Shown: positions 11,069-19,801 of the stretch, piece by piece
Layout of the letters: every line of letters starts with the position of its first letter
How positions within the stretch are numbered: the first letter of the stretch is position 1
From: an uncultured Verrucomicrobiae bacterium
GTDB taxonomy: Bacteria > Verrucomicrobiota > Verrucomicrobiia > Chthoniobacterales > Chthoniobacteraceae
NCBI GenBank assembly: GCA_963769025.1
Contig: CAVYKI010000012.1
Location: 448,001 to 512,000, forward strand
DNA: 64,000 bases
Direction of reading: 5' to 3'
Notes under the pieces: model-generated
Database searches by the model: none
What the model saw: only the letters and a program-made list of their open reading frames with translations
Told to the model about the DNA's origin: nothing
Made by a program: the position numbers and the translations under genes

Positions 11069-12397
11069 ATGAATCCTCCATTCAATCCCACCCGTCGTGA
11101 TTTTCTGAAAACCTCCGGAGCATTCGCGCTCGCCTCGGCGATCATCTTGCCTGACCACGTGCGCGCCGCCGATCTTGCGAAGGACAAAATCAAGGTCGGC
11201 TTCATCGGCTGCGGTGGCCGTGGCACCGGCGCGGCGAACCAGACGCTGCAGGCGGACAGCAACGTGGAGCTCTGGGCGATGGGCGACGTGTTCCGCGACA
11301 AGATTGATTCCTCGCTCGAGATCCTGAAGAAGCAGTTCCAGGATCAACCGGACAAGATCAACGTTCCGGACGAGCGGAAATTCGACGGCATTGACGCATA
11401 TCAGAAGGTGATCGATAGCGGCGTGGACGTGGTGCTGCTCACGACTTCGCCGGGCTTCCGTCCGCAACACATCAAGGCGGCGGTGGATGCGGGCAAGCAC
11501 GTCTTTTGCGAGAAGCCGATGGCCGTGGACGCGACCGGAGTGCGCTCGGTGATCGAGAGCGTGAAGAAGGCAAAGGAGAAGAATCTCGCGCTGGTGGACG
11601 GCTACGTCTGGCGGTGGACGAAGGCGAACCAGGAGGCGTACCGCCGCATTCACGAAGGCGCGATCGGCGACATCCTCGCGATTTATTCGAGCTACTACAC
11701 GGGCGCATCGGACCGCTACCCGAAGTGGAACCGGCAAAACACAAAGACGGATCTCGAATGGATGATCCGGCGCTGGTACTACCACACGTGGCTGAGCGGC
11801 GATCACATCGTCGAGCAGGCGGTGCACAGCCTCGACAAGATGCTCTGGACGATGAACGACGTGCCGCCGGAGCGTGTCATCTGCACCGGTGGCCGCCAGA
11901 CTCGCCCGAACGATCCTCCCGGCGAATACGGGAACATTTACGATCACTTCTCCGCCGAGTACCACTGGGAGAAAGGCGTGAAGGGCTACCACTTCACCCG
12001 GCAGATGGGCAACTGCTACCAGGCGAACACGGACACGGTCATCGGCACGAAGGGCACCTACGAGGGCGAGAGCGGCGGCAAGCGGCACGTCTTTGTGCGG
12101 ACGGAAAACCCGTGGCGCTACAAGGCGCCCGAGGGAATGAAGGACGACGGCTACCTCACTGAGCATCAGGAAATGTATGCGTCGATCCGCTCCGGGCGTC
12201 CGATCAACACCGGCGACCGCTTCACGAAGACCACGATGATGGCGATCATGGCGCGCATGTCGGCCTACACGGGCAAGGAAGTGACGTGGGATTTTGCGAT
12301 GAACTCGAAGGAGGATCTTTTCCCGAAGGACCTCAAATGGGACATGAAGCTGCCCGTCGCCCCCGTGGCCATGCCCGGCTCGACGCCACTGATCTGA
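11069..12397 (+). CDS. Tat-exported Gfo/Idh/MocA oxidoreductase
   Basis: TRRDFLK leader, IGCGGRGTGA, CEKPMA, EQAVHSLD. Confidence 0.93.
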   Translation: MNPPFNPTRRDFLKTSGAFALASAIILPDHVRAADLAKDKIKVGFIGCGGRGTGAANQTLQADSNVELWAMGDVFRDKIDSSLEILKKQFQDQPDKINVPDERKFDGIDAYQKVIDSGVDVVLLTTSPGFRPQHIKAAVDAGKHVFCEKPMAVDATGVRSVIESVKKAKEKNLALVDGYVWRWTKANQEAYRRIHEGAIGDILAIYSSYYTGASDRYPKWNRQNTKTDLEWMIRRWYYHTWLSGDHIVEQAVHSLDKMLWTMNDVPPERVICTGGRQTRPNDPPGEYGNIYDHFSAEYHWEKGVKGYHFTRQMGNCYQANTDTVIGTKGTYEGESGGKRHVFVRTENPWRYKAPEGMKDDGYLTEHQEMYASIRSGRPINTGDRFTKTTMMAIMARMSAYTGKEVTWDFAMNSKEDLFPKDLKWDMKLPVAPVAMPGSTPLI

Positions 12398-12428
12398 GCG
12401 GCGGCTGCTTTCCCAGCGACGGCAGCAC

Positions 12429-12872
12429 ATGAAAGGCATGACCGTCGCGCCATTCGTGGACGCGGACCATCGCGACCAGGTGATGGCGCTGTGGAAGACA
12501 GTTTTCGGCTACGACGCCGCGCACAACGAGCCGGGTTTGGTCATCGACCGGAAGGTTGCTGTTGCGGATGGGCTCTTCTTTGTCGGTCTCGTCGGCAGTG
12601 TGGTCATCGGCACGATCATGGCCGGGTACGACGGACATCGGGGGTGGATTTACTCCCTCGCAGTCTCCCACACGCACCGGAGGCAGGGCATCGGCTCCCG
12701 CCTTGTCATGCATGCCGAGCAGGCCCTGACCTCCATGGGCTGCATGAAAATCAATCTTCAGATCATGGAAGGCAACGAAAGCGTCGCGGCGTTTTACTCA
12801 TCGCTCGGTTACTCGGTGGAGAAACGCATCAGCATGGGCAAACGGATGATGGCGGACGTCGCGGGCGTCTGA
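12429..12872 (+). CDS. GNAT acetyltransferase (YpeA-like)
   Basis: MAGYDGHRGWIYSLAV, RRQGIG acetyl-CoA motif, CMKINLQI, FYSSLGY. Confidence 0.9.
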   Translation: MKGMTVAPFVDADHRDQVMALWKTVFGYDAAHNEPGLVIDRKVAVADGLFFVGLVGSVVIGTIMAGYDGHRGWIYSLAVSHTHRRQGIGSRLVMHAEQALTSMGCMKINLQIMEGNESVAAFYSSLGYSVEKRISMGKRMMADVAGV

Positions 12873-12981
12873 GCGCCGGAGAATGCGCGGCGTTGACGGG
12901 CATCAGCCGGAGAGCGGAAAAATTTCCCTTTTGCCAAGAGCGCCGCGGCGTGCCGATACTTCGCCTCCCAATCCCACCACC

Positions 12982-14325
12982 ATGAACCTCCCACGCACTT
13001 CCCGCCGTTCCTTCATCCGCACCACACTCGCAGCCGGCGTCGCGCCGATGTTTCTGCCGGGCCGCATCTGGTCCGCGGATGTGAAACCCAATGACAAACT
13101 TTCCATCGCCCTCATCGGCAATGGCAAGATGAACTCCGGCCATCTCGGCGACTGGATGAGGCGCGCGGATACGCAGGTCGTCGCCGTGTGCGACGTGGAC
13201 ACGACGCGCCGCGAGAACGCGAAGAAGACCGCGGAGGCGCATTACGCAAAGGCGACGGGCACGGACTACAAGGGCTGCGCGGCATTCGCGAATTTCGAGG
13301 ACGTGCTCGCGAGGAAGGACATCGATCTCGTGTGCATCGCGACCCCGGATCACTGGCACGCGTTCATCGCCATCGCGGCGGCGAAGGCGGGCAAGGACAT
13401 CTACTGCGAGAAGCCGATGACGAACACCATCCACGAGGCGTGGACGCTGGTGAAATCCATCCGCGACACGAGCCGTGTGTTCCAGACCGGCTCGCAGCAG
13501 CGCAGCTCGCGGGAATTCCGCGTGGCGTGCGAACTGGCGCGAAACGGGGTCATCGGCAAGGTCTATCACGTCGCGGTCGGCATCGGCGGACCCGGCAAGC
13601 CGTGCGACCTGCCCGAGGAGGCGATGGAACCCGGCCTCGATTGGGATCGCTGGCTCGGGCCCGCGCCGATGCGCCCCTACCACAGCGAGCTCTCCCCGCG
13701 CGGCGTGCATAATCATTTCCCAAACTGGCGCCGCTACTGGGAATACGGCGGCGGCATGGTGACGGACTGGGGCGCGCACCATTTCGACATCTGCCAGTGG
13801 GGCTTGGGCGAGGACGGACGCGGGCCGATCGAGATCAACCCCGCCGCCGAAGCGAACGCCCAGCAAGGCGCGAAGCTGAAGTACAACGACGGCGTCGAGG
13901 TCACGCATGTGTCGGAGAACGGCGTCACCTTCCACGGCGACAAGGGGATGATTTTCGTGAACCGCGGACGTTTCATCCTGAAGATCGGCGAAAAGGAAGT
14001 GGCGAACTACAGCAAGCAGGACAGCAAGCCGCCGCTCGGGCAGCAGCTCGATCTCGTGGAGAAGGAGTACCTCGCCGATGCGAAGGTGAAGCTCGAGGCG
14101 ACGAGCGGGCATAAGGACAACTTCATGGACTGCGTGCGCTCGCGGAAGCGCCCGATCGCCGACGTGGAAATCGGCGCGCGCACCGTGACCACCTGCCATC
14201 TCGTGAACCTCGCCTACCGCCACGGCCAGAAAATCCAGTGGGACCCCGCGAAGCTCGACTTCGCCGGCGGCACCGGGAAAGCGGACTGGCTCACGCGCGA
14301 GTATCGCGGGCCTTGGAAGGTGTAG
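12982..14325 (+). CDS. Tat-exported Gfo/Idh/MocA oxidoreductase
   Basis: SRRSFIR leader, ATPDHWH, YCEKPM, QTGSQQRS, DWGAHHFD. Confidence 0.93.
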   Translation: MNLPRTSRRSFIRTTLAAGVAPMFLPGRIWSADVKPNDKLSIALIGNGKMNSGHLGDWMRRADTQVVAVCDVDTTRRENAKKTAEAHYAKATGTDYKGCAAFANFEDVLARKDIDLVCIATPDHWHAFIAIAAAKAGKDIYCEKPMTNTIHEAWTLVKSIRDTSRVFQTGSQQRSSREFRVACELARNGVIGKVYHVAVGIGGPGKPCDLPEEAMEPGLDWDRWLGPAPMRPYHSELSPRGVHNHFPNWRRYWEYGGGMVTDWGAHHFDICQWGLGEDGRGPIEINPAAEANAQQGAKLKYNDGVEVTHVSENGVTFHGDKGMIFVNRGRFILKIGEKEVANYSKQDSKPPLGQQLDLVEKEYLADAKVKLEATSGHKDNFMDCVRSRKRPIADVEIGARTVTTCHLVNLAYRHGQKIQWDPAKLDFAGGTGKADWLTREYRGPWKV

Positions 14326-14353
14326 CCACGGCTGCCATCCGGCCTTGATCCTC

Positions 14354-14428
14354 ATCTTATTCTTAATCGTAATCCCTCCGCCAGCCGCGGCCGGCGGAGG
14401 GGATTAAGATGGGGATTACGGATAAGAT
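14354..14428. terminator. Imperfect palindrome between convergent genes (bidirectional terminator or REP-like element)
   Basis: AATCCCTCCGCC...GGCGGAGGGGATT stem flanked by short complementary units (TCTTAT/TCTTAATC versus GATTAAGA/GATAAGAT). Confidence 0.55.
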
Positions 14429-15090
14429 TGAGATCCCACCTTCACGCCCACGCGCGGGCAGAGCGTCGCGAGTTCGCATTTCGCGCAGTCCGGCTTGCGG
14501 GCGTCGCAACGGCGGCGTCCGTGCCAGATGAGCCAATGGCTGAATAGCGCCCAGCGGTCACGCGGGATCAGCTTCATCAGCTCGATCTCGATTTTCTCCG
14601 GCGTGTCGCTGCGCGTGAGGCCGAGCCTCCGGCTGAGGCGCTGCACGTGCGTGTCCACCACGACGCCTTCGTTCATGCCAAATGCGTTTCCCAGCACGAC
14701 GTTCGCGGTCTTGCGTCCGACACCTGCGAGCTTGGTGAGTTCGTCCATCGTGCGCGGGACTTCGCCGCCGTGCCGCTCGACGATGGCGGCGCAGCACGCC
14801 TTCACGTTTCTCGCCTTCGCGCGGAAAAAGCCGGTCGTGTGGACAAGTTCCTCAAGCTGCTCCTGCGGCAGCGCGACATAGTCGGCGGCCGTCTTGCAGA
14901 CACGGAAAAGCTCCTTCGTCACGATGTTCACGCGCTTGTCCGTGCATTGCGCGCTGAGGATCGTGGCGATGAGCAGTTCGAGCGGCGTCGAATAATCGAG
15001 TTCGCAGTGTGCGGTGGGATACGTGCGCGAGAGAGCGTCGAGAATCTCCAGGGTCCGCGCGGCGCGTGCCGCGGCACTTTCGCGGGCCAT
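14416..15090 (-). CDS. nth: Endonuclease III
   Basis: LLIATILSAQCTDKRVN, HhH GVGRKTANVV, VVDTHV, 4Fe-4S CDARKPDCAKCELATLC. Confidence 0.97.
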   Translation of the reverse strand: MARESAAARAARTLEILDALSRTYPTAHCELDYSTPLELLIATILSAQCTDKRVNIVTKELFRVCKTAADYVALPQEQLEELVHTTGFFRAKARNVKACCAAIVERHGGEVPRTMDELTKLAGVGRKTANVVLGNAFGMNEGVVVDTHVQRLSRRLGLTRSDTPEKIEIELMKLIPRDRWALFSHWLIWHGRRRCDARKPDCAKCELATLCPRVGVKVGSQSYP

Positions 15091-15327
15091 CTACTTTTTC
15101 GGGGCGAGCGCCTCGAGCGCGGCGGCCTTCTGCTTTGCCTCGGCCGCCTTCGGGTCGTCGGGATATTCCTTCGCGAGCGTCCTGTACACCTCGATCGCCT
15201 TCTTCCGGCGCTCCTCGCGGATCGCAGCGCGTTCCTCTTCGGCCTTTTCCGCCTCGCTTTTCTCACTGCATGCGGGGAGCAGCAAAGCCGCGGTGAGGGC
15301 AGTGAGGAGAATGGATTTGCGGGACAT
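15091..15327 (-). CDS. Small lipoprotein with a single TPR-like hairpin
   Basis: MSRKSILLTALTAALLLPAC lipobox; YRTLAKEYPDDPKAAEA motif. Confidence 0.75.
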   Translation of the reverse strand: MSRKSILLTALTAALLLPACSEKSEAEKAEEERAAIREERRKKAIEVYRTLAKEYPDDPKAAEAKQKAAALEALAPKK

Positions 15328-15402
15328 GGAAGGGTGGATGGGCATCACTGCCGGGAGCGACGACGCGGCGGGTGTTTTCCGCATACGCTGGCGGCTGCCA
15401 AG

Positions 15403-18400
15403 CTATTTCTGCGGCGGGTTTGCGGCGGCGGTCTTGGGAGCGGGCGGCGCGGGGGCCTTTTTGGGCTCGCCCGGCTTTTCATCGCCGGGTTTCGTTTCCG
15501 CGGGTTTTGCCTCCTCGGGTTTCTCGGCGTCCTTAGCGGCTTTCAGCTCAGCGGCCCGCGCCTCGGCGGCGGCACGCTTTTCCTTCTTCGTTTTCACCGG
15601 GTAGCCCGACTCCCCCTTCGCCTGCTTTTCCGCCAGTTCGGCGGCCTTCCAAAGCCCCGCCGCGGCGACCTTCGGCGCGCTAGCGTAACGGATGTTGATT
15701 TTTTCGTAGGTCTCGATGGCACCGTCGAAGTCCTGCTTCGCCTCCTGAATCCTGCCGATGAGGAAGAGCGCCTTCGCCTGCAGTTCAAAACTCTTTCCGG
15801 TCTGCGTATTCACAACCTTCGAGAGCCGCTGGATGTAGTCGTCCTTCACCTGCCCCGTCTGCTCGAATTCGCCGACGATCACGCCGTAGTCCGCCTCAAG
15901 GGCCTTCGTGGATTTCGGGAATCTCGCTTTCAGATCGGCGAATTTCGCGCCGGCCTCCTTGGTCTTCCCCTGCTCCTGCAGCAGCTTCGCCTCCCAGAAA
16001 AGCGCCACGGCCTGTGCGTCCAGGACGTTGTGAGGGACTTTTGTCACCTCATCCTTTTCGCCGAGCGGATACTCCTCCCGGATGCGCGCGATGGTCTTCG
16101 TGAGATCGTCATTCCGCTTCGCGTCGAAAAGTCCGCTCATGTAACGGTCGAAATCCGACGGCGTGAACGTGGCCGCGATGCGCTCGGTGCCATCCGCGTC
16201 CTTCACCTTCTCCGACACAGGGACGGCCTTGAACGAATCGTCCATGACCTTGAACGCCCGCTTCGGATCGTTCTCGTTGAGGAACGCCGCGAGCGCCACC
16301 TGGAGCTTCGCCTTCACCAGCGGCGTCGTGCCGAACTGCTCCGTGAGCTTTGCAAAGTACGCCTCCACCTGCGCCGCGTCCGCCTGCTGGGCCTTGCGGC
16401 GGACGTTCTGCACGGTCACGAGCCGTTCGAGCGCCTCGGCGATTCGCTCGCTGCCGGGGTAGTCCTTCAGCATCCGCTCCACCGCGGCGGTGACGCCATC
16501 CACGCCCTTCTGCCACGTCTGCTTCTGCGCTTCGGCGAGGCTGATGTAGGTCGGCAGCTTCGCGAGTTCCTTCAGCCAGCGGTCGGCGATTTTGATGAGC
16601 GACCCGTCGCCACGCTTTCTCTCGAGGTTGTTCGAGATCTCGTAGTCCACGTAGTCGAGCAGCTTCTTCGCCCCAGCCGCGACGTTATCGACCGAGGACT
16701 GTCCGCCGGGAGTGCCCTTCTTGGCGTCGAGCACGCCGGAAAAGAGGAACTCCGCGATGTTGTTGTAGGCAAAGTACACGTTCTCGTGCTTGGGATACTT
16801 CGTCACGAAGTCGTCCATCAGTTGCAGCGCGGCGGGGTAGTCCTTCCTCTCGTTATACACGTCGAACACCTTGAAGTACGCGCCGGGCGCAGGGTCGCTC
16901 TCCGGATACGCCTCGTACACCTTCTTCCACGCCTCGGCCGCCTTGTCGCGGTCGCCCACGGTCGCGAGCGCGGTGCCGAGGAGATACTGCGCCGCCGGCA
17001 CATTCGCCTTCGTGTTCTCACTCTTGCCGCCGCCCGCGGCGTATTTGGAGAGGAATGCATTCAGTTCCGTGATCGCAGTTTTCGGATCGAGCCCTCCGAG
17101 GATTTGGCAGGACATGAACCACGCATCCTCCGACTGCGGGTTGGCCGGGAACTTGTCGCGCAGCGACTTGAAAGTCTCGAGCGCCGCACGCGCCATCGCC
17201 ACATCGCCGCCGGCTTCCCGCATCTGCGCCTGCTGCACGCTGCCCTTGATGAACAGCGTCTGCGCCTCGATCTCGGGCTTGGGATTGCTGGAGAGCAGCT
17301 TGTCGCAAAGCTCGAGCGCCTTCTTGTAATCGTTCTTCTTCAGCGCCGTCGCCGTGAGGATCTGCATCGCCTCGGTCGTGAAACGCCAGTCCTTGTAGTC
17401 CGCCTGCCCCTCGGCCACGATTTTCTCCGCCTGGTCCGCATCGCCCTTTTCCACGAGCAGGTTTGCCACCAGCAAGGCGAGGTTGTCGCCGGCGGGGTTG
17501 CCTTTGAAGTCCTTGCGGAACTCCTGGTAGGTCTCCAGCGCCTTCTCCGCGTTCTTCTGCTCCGCATAGGTGAGGCACAGGAGCGCCGCGATCGTCGCCT
17601 GCGCGTCCTTGTCCTTTTCAAAAAGCTCCTTCTGCGTGAGCAGATGGCGCATCAGCGTCCGCGCCTCATCCGTCTTGTGCAAAAAGAGGAAGATGCGCGC
17701 GATGGCCAGCCGCGCCGCGAGGAACTGGTCCTGCCCGCTCTTGTATTTCTCCCGCTTCTCGTCCTCGAAATTGATGAGGCTTTCGATCCGGTTCTTCATC
17801 GGCAACCAGTCCACCGTCCCCTTCGGCAGCAGGGTGATCTGCTGCTCGAGTGCGGCAATCTTCGCGGTCTGCGCCTCGACGACTTCTTCCACGCTCCGCA
17901 CTGCGCGGAAAGCCTCCAGCGACGCGTTCAGCAGCGCCGCCTGCTGCTGCTTGAGCTGCTCGCCGTCCGGATTCGTCACGTGCTGGCTGCGCGTGAGCTG
18001 CATCTGGCCGACGAAAAACACCGCCTCGTTCATCAGCGCAACGTCGCCACTCTTCTGGTATGCTTGGGTCAGCGACGGCTCGGCCTTGTCGAAAAGGCCC
18101 AACGCCTTTTTCACATCCTCCGGCGGGGGTTCCTTGCCGGCCTTTGCCTGCAGCAGCGTGTTCGCCTCGATGAAAAACGTCTTCCCGATCCACATCAGTG
18201 CCTCCCACGCGTACGGGCTGGTCCCGATGCGCGCCACGACTGCAAAACCCTTGATGGCCTCGTCGTACATGTCCGACTGGAGGAGCAGCGTCGCCCGGAG
18301 GAACTGCGCGCTGTCCATGTCGCGGCTCTTGGGAAAGGAGGCGATGAACGCATCGTACTCCTTGATGCCCTCGTCGAAGATTTTCTTCTGCATCGCCTTC

Positions 18401-18822
18401 TGCTGGTCGGTCTCGCCGGGCAGCTTCGAAGCCTTGAGCGTGAGCGACTTTGCCACGAGGAGCTGAGCCATTTCACGCGCAGGCGCCTCGATCTTCTGGT
18501 TGCCGATCAATTCCCGCAGATGGCGGATCGCATCGTCGTATTGCCCCTCCTGCACCAGCGCGACGGCGAGGCGGAATTTTGCGTCGAGCGACCGCGGCGA
18601 GAGCATCTTGTATTTCGCGAGAAACTTCTCGAATGCGGCGGCGGCCTCCTTGTATTTGTTCGCGCGGAACAGCGCCTCGGCTTCGTCGTATTCCCTCGCG
18701 TCAGGGGCATTCACGGCCGGGGCGGCCGGCGGCGCCTGCGCCCGCAGGGCTGGCGTGGCTGCAAGCAGCGTGGTTGCGACAAGGAGGAGCCTGCCGGCTC
18801 GCATGGGGTTTGGAGCGTTCAT
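15403..18822 (-). CDS. Large exported tetratricopeptide-repeat protein (~1139 aa; BamD/CpoB-like repeats)
   Basis: Signal peptide (RLLLVATTLLAATPALRAQ) and many F..F...(Y/F)P.S TPR caps; alternative ATG at 18804. The ORF-track extension to 19803 overlaps a plus-strand gene. Confidence 0.88.
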   Translation of the reverse strand: MNAPNPMRAGRLLLVATTLLAATPALRAQAPPAAPAVNAPDAREYDEAEALFRANKYKEAAAAFEKFLAKYKMLSPRSLDAKFRLAVALVQEGQYDDAIRHLRELIGNQKIEAPAREMAQLLVAKSLTLKASKLPGETDQQKAMQKKIFDEGIKEYDAFIASFPKSRDMDSAQFLRATLLLQSDMYDEAIKGFAVVARIGTSPYAWEALMWIGKTFFIEANTLLQAKAGKEPPPEDVKKALGLFDKAEPSLTQAYQKSGDVALMNEAVFFVGQMQLTRSQHVTNPDGEQLKQQQAALLNASLEAFRAVRSVEEVVEAQTAKIAALEQQITLLPKGTVDWLPMKNRIESLINFEDEKREKYKSGQDQFLAARLAIARIFLFLHKTDEARTLMRHLLTQKELFEKDKDAQATIAALLCLTYAEQKNAEKALETYQEFRKDFKGNPAGDNLALLVANLLVEKGDADQAEKIVAEGQADYKDWRFTTEAMQILTATALKKNDYKKALELCDKLLSSNPKPEIEAQTLFIKGSVQQAQMREAGGDVAMARAALETFKSLRDKFPANPQSEDAWFMSCQILGGLDPKTAITELNAFLSKYAAGGGKSENTKANVPAAQYLLGTALATVGDRDKAAEAWKKVYEAYPESDPAPGAYFKVFDVYNERKDYPAALQLMDDFVTKYPKHENVYFAYNNIAEFLFSGVLDAKKGTPGGQSSVDNVAAGAKKLLDYVDYEISNNLERKRGDGSLIKIADRWLKELAKLPTYISLAEAQKQTWQKGVDGVTAAVERMLKDYPGSERIAEALERLVTVQNVRRKAQQADAAQVEAYFAKLTEQFGTTPLVKAKLQVALAAFLNENDPKRAFKVMDDSFKAVPVSEKVKDADGTERIAATFTPSDFDRYMSGLFDAKRNDDLTKTIARIREEYPLGEKDEVTKVPHNVLDAQAVALFWEAKLLQEQGKTKEAGAKFADLKARFPKSTKALEADYGVIVGEFEQTGQVKDDYIQRLSKVVNTQTGKSFELQAKALFLIGRIQEAKQDFDGAIETYEKINIRYASAPKVAAAGLWKAAELAEKQAKGESGYPVKTKKEKRAAAEARAAELKAAKDAEKPEEAKPAETKPGDEKPGEPKKAPAPPAPKTAAANPPQK

Positions 18823-18990
18823 AGATCTGGGTCGGACTCTGGGGGGCACCCTACGGAGGCCCGCGCGGCTAGCCAACGAAAACCGTGAGAAAATCGCCGT
18901 GCTCGCCGGCACCGCCGCCACCCCCTCCACGGCCCCGCTCGCAAATGAGTCTTGAGTCCCGTCCCTTTCAGGCCGGAGTGTCGGCCCGCA

Positions 18991-19662
18991 TTGTCCACTG
19001 AACCCGCCACCAATCCGACCCCGCCTGTAGCCGTGACCTTTGCACGCCCCGAGGAAAGCGGCGCGTTCCGAAGGAAACTGGACGGCGTCCGGAAGGGCAA
19101 GTGCGGGGCGCTCCCGGCGTGGCGCGGGAGCATCGGGAAGGTCAGCGTCACCGTCATTCACACCGGCATCGGCCCCGCCTCGGCTGGAAGCGCGATCCGC
19201 GAATTGCTCTCGCTCGAAAAGCCGCGCCGCGTGATCAGCGCCGGCTTCGCAGGCGGCCTCGATCCCGCGTTGCGCGCCGGCGATACGCTCAGCGCCGATT
19301 TTCCGACACCGCTGATTTTCTCCAAAGCCATCCCTCTGGAAACGCCCGCGGAGAAAATCGCCGCATTCCGCGAAACCGGCGCACGCATCGTGGACATGGA
19401 AACCGACATCATCGGTGCAGCCTGCGCAGCCGCCGGCATCCCGCTCACCGCCGTGCGCGCAGTGAGCGACACGGCGGATGAATCGCTGCCCGTGCCGTTC
19501 GACGTGTGGTTCGACACCGCGCGGCAACGCGCCCGCCCGCTCGCACTCGTCGCACACCTCATCCGCCATCCCTCGCGCACCGCGCCGTTTGCACGCTTCG
19601 TCCTGCGCCTCCCCCGCGTCGCCGAGGCGCTCGCGCGTGCCATCGCCGCCGCGCTGCGTTGA
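18991..19662 (+). CDS. Nucleoside phosphorylase-family protein (PNP/UDP; HpnG-like)
   Basis: HTGIGPASA, ISAGFAGGLDP, VDMET, VRAVSD; start codon uncertain (TTG at 18952 or 18991). Confidence 0.8.
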   Translation: MSTEPATNPTPPVAVTFARPEESGAFRRKLDGVRKGKCGALPAWRGSIGKVSVTVIHTGIGPASAGSAIRELLSLEKPRRVISAGFAGGLDPALRAGDTLSADFPTPLIFSKAIPLETPAEKIAAFRETGARIVDMETDIIGAACAAAGIPLTAVRAVSDTADESLPVPFDVWFDTARQRARPLALVAHLIRHPSRTAPFARFVLRLPRVAEALARAIAAALR

Positions 19663-19677
19663 GATCCCGCGGAGGGA

Positions 19678-19743
19678 TTGCGATCCGCGGAGCTTTGCAG
19701 AGGCCCCGTCTTTTCTCTGCGCAAATCCGCGGCATCTGCGGAA
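19678..19743. repeat. Degenerate intergenic inverted repeat (REP-like hairpin)
   Basis: CCGCGGAGCTTTGCAGAG...CTCTGCGCAAATCCGCGG imperfect stem. Confidence 0.35.
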
Positions 19744-19801
19744 ACCCTCGGCTTCTTCGGCATTGCCTCGCGCTGTGCGATTCGCCATTCGGCATGCGCC
19801 C

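Noticed and set aside
14647..18888. 1413-aa plus-strand ORF and other long antisense ORFs (7104..9575, 26094..28274, 45635..48613, 55953..59312)
   Set aside because: They mirror real minus-strand genes and show no family motifs; stop-poor shadow frames are expected at high GC3.
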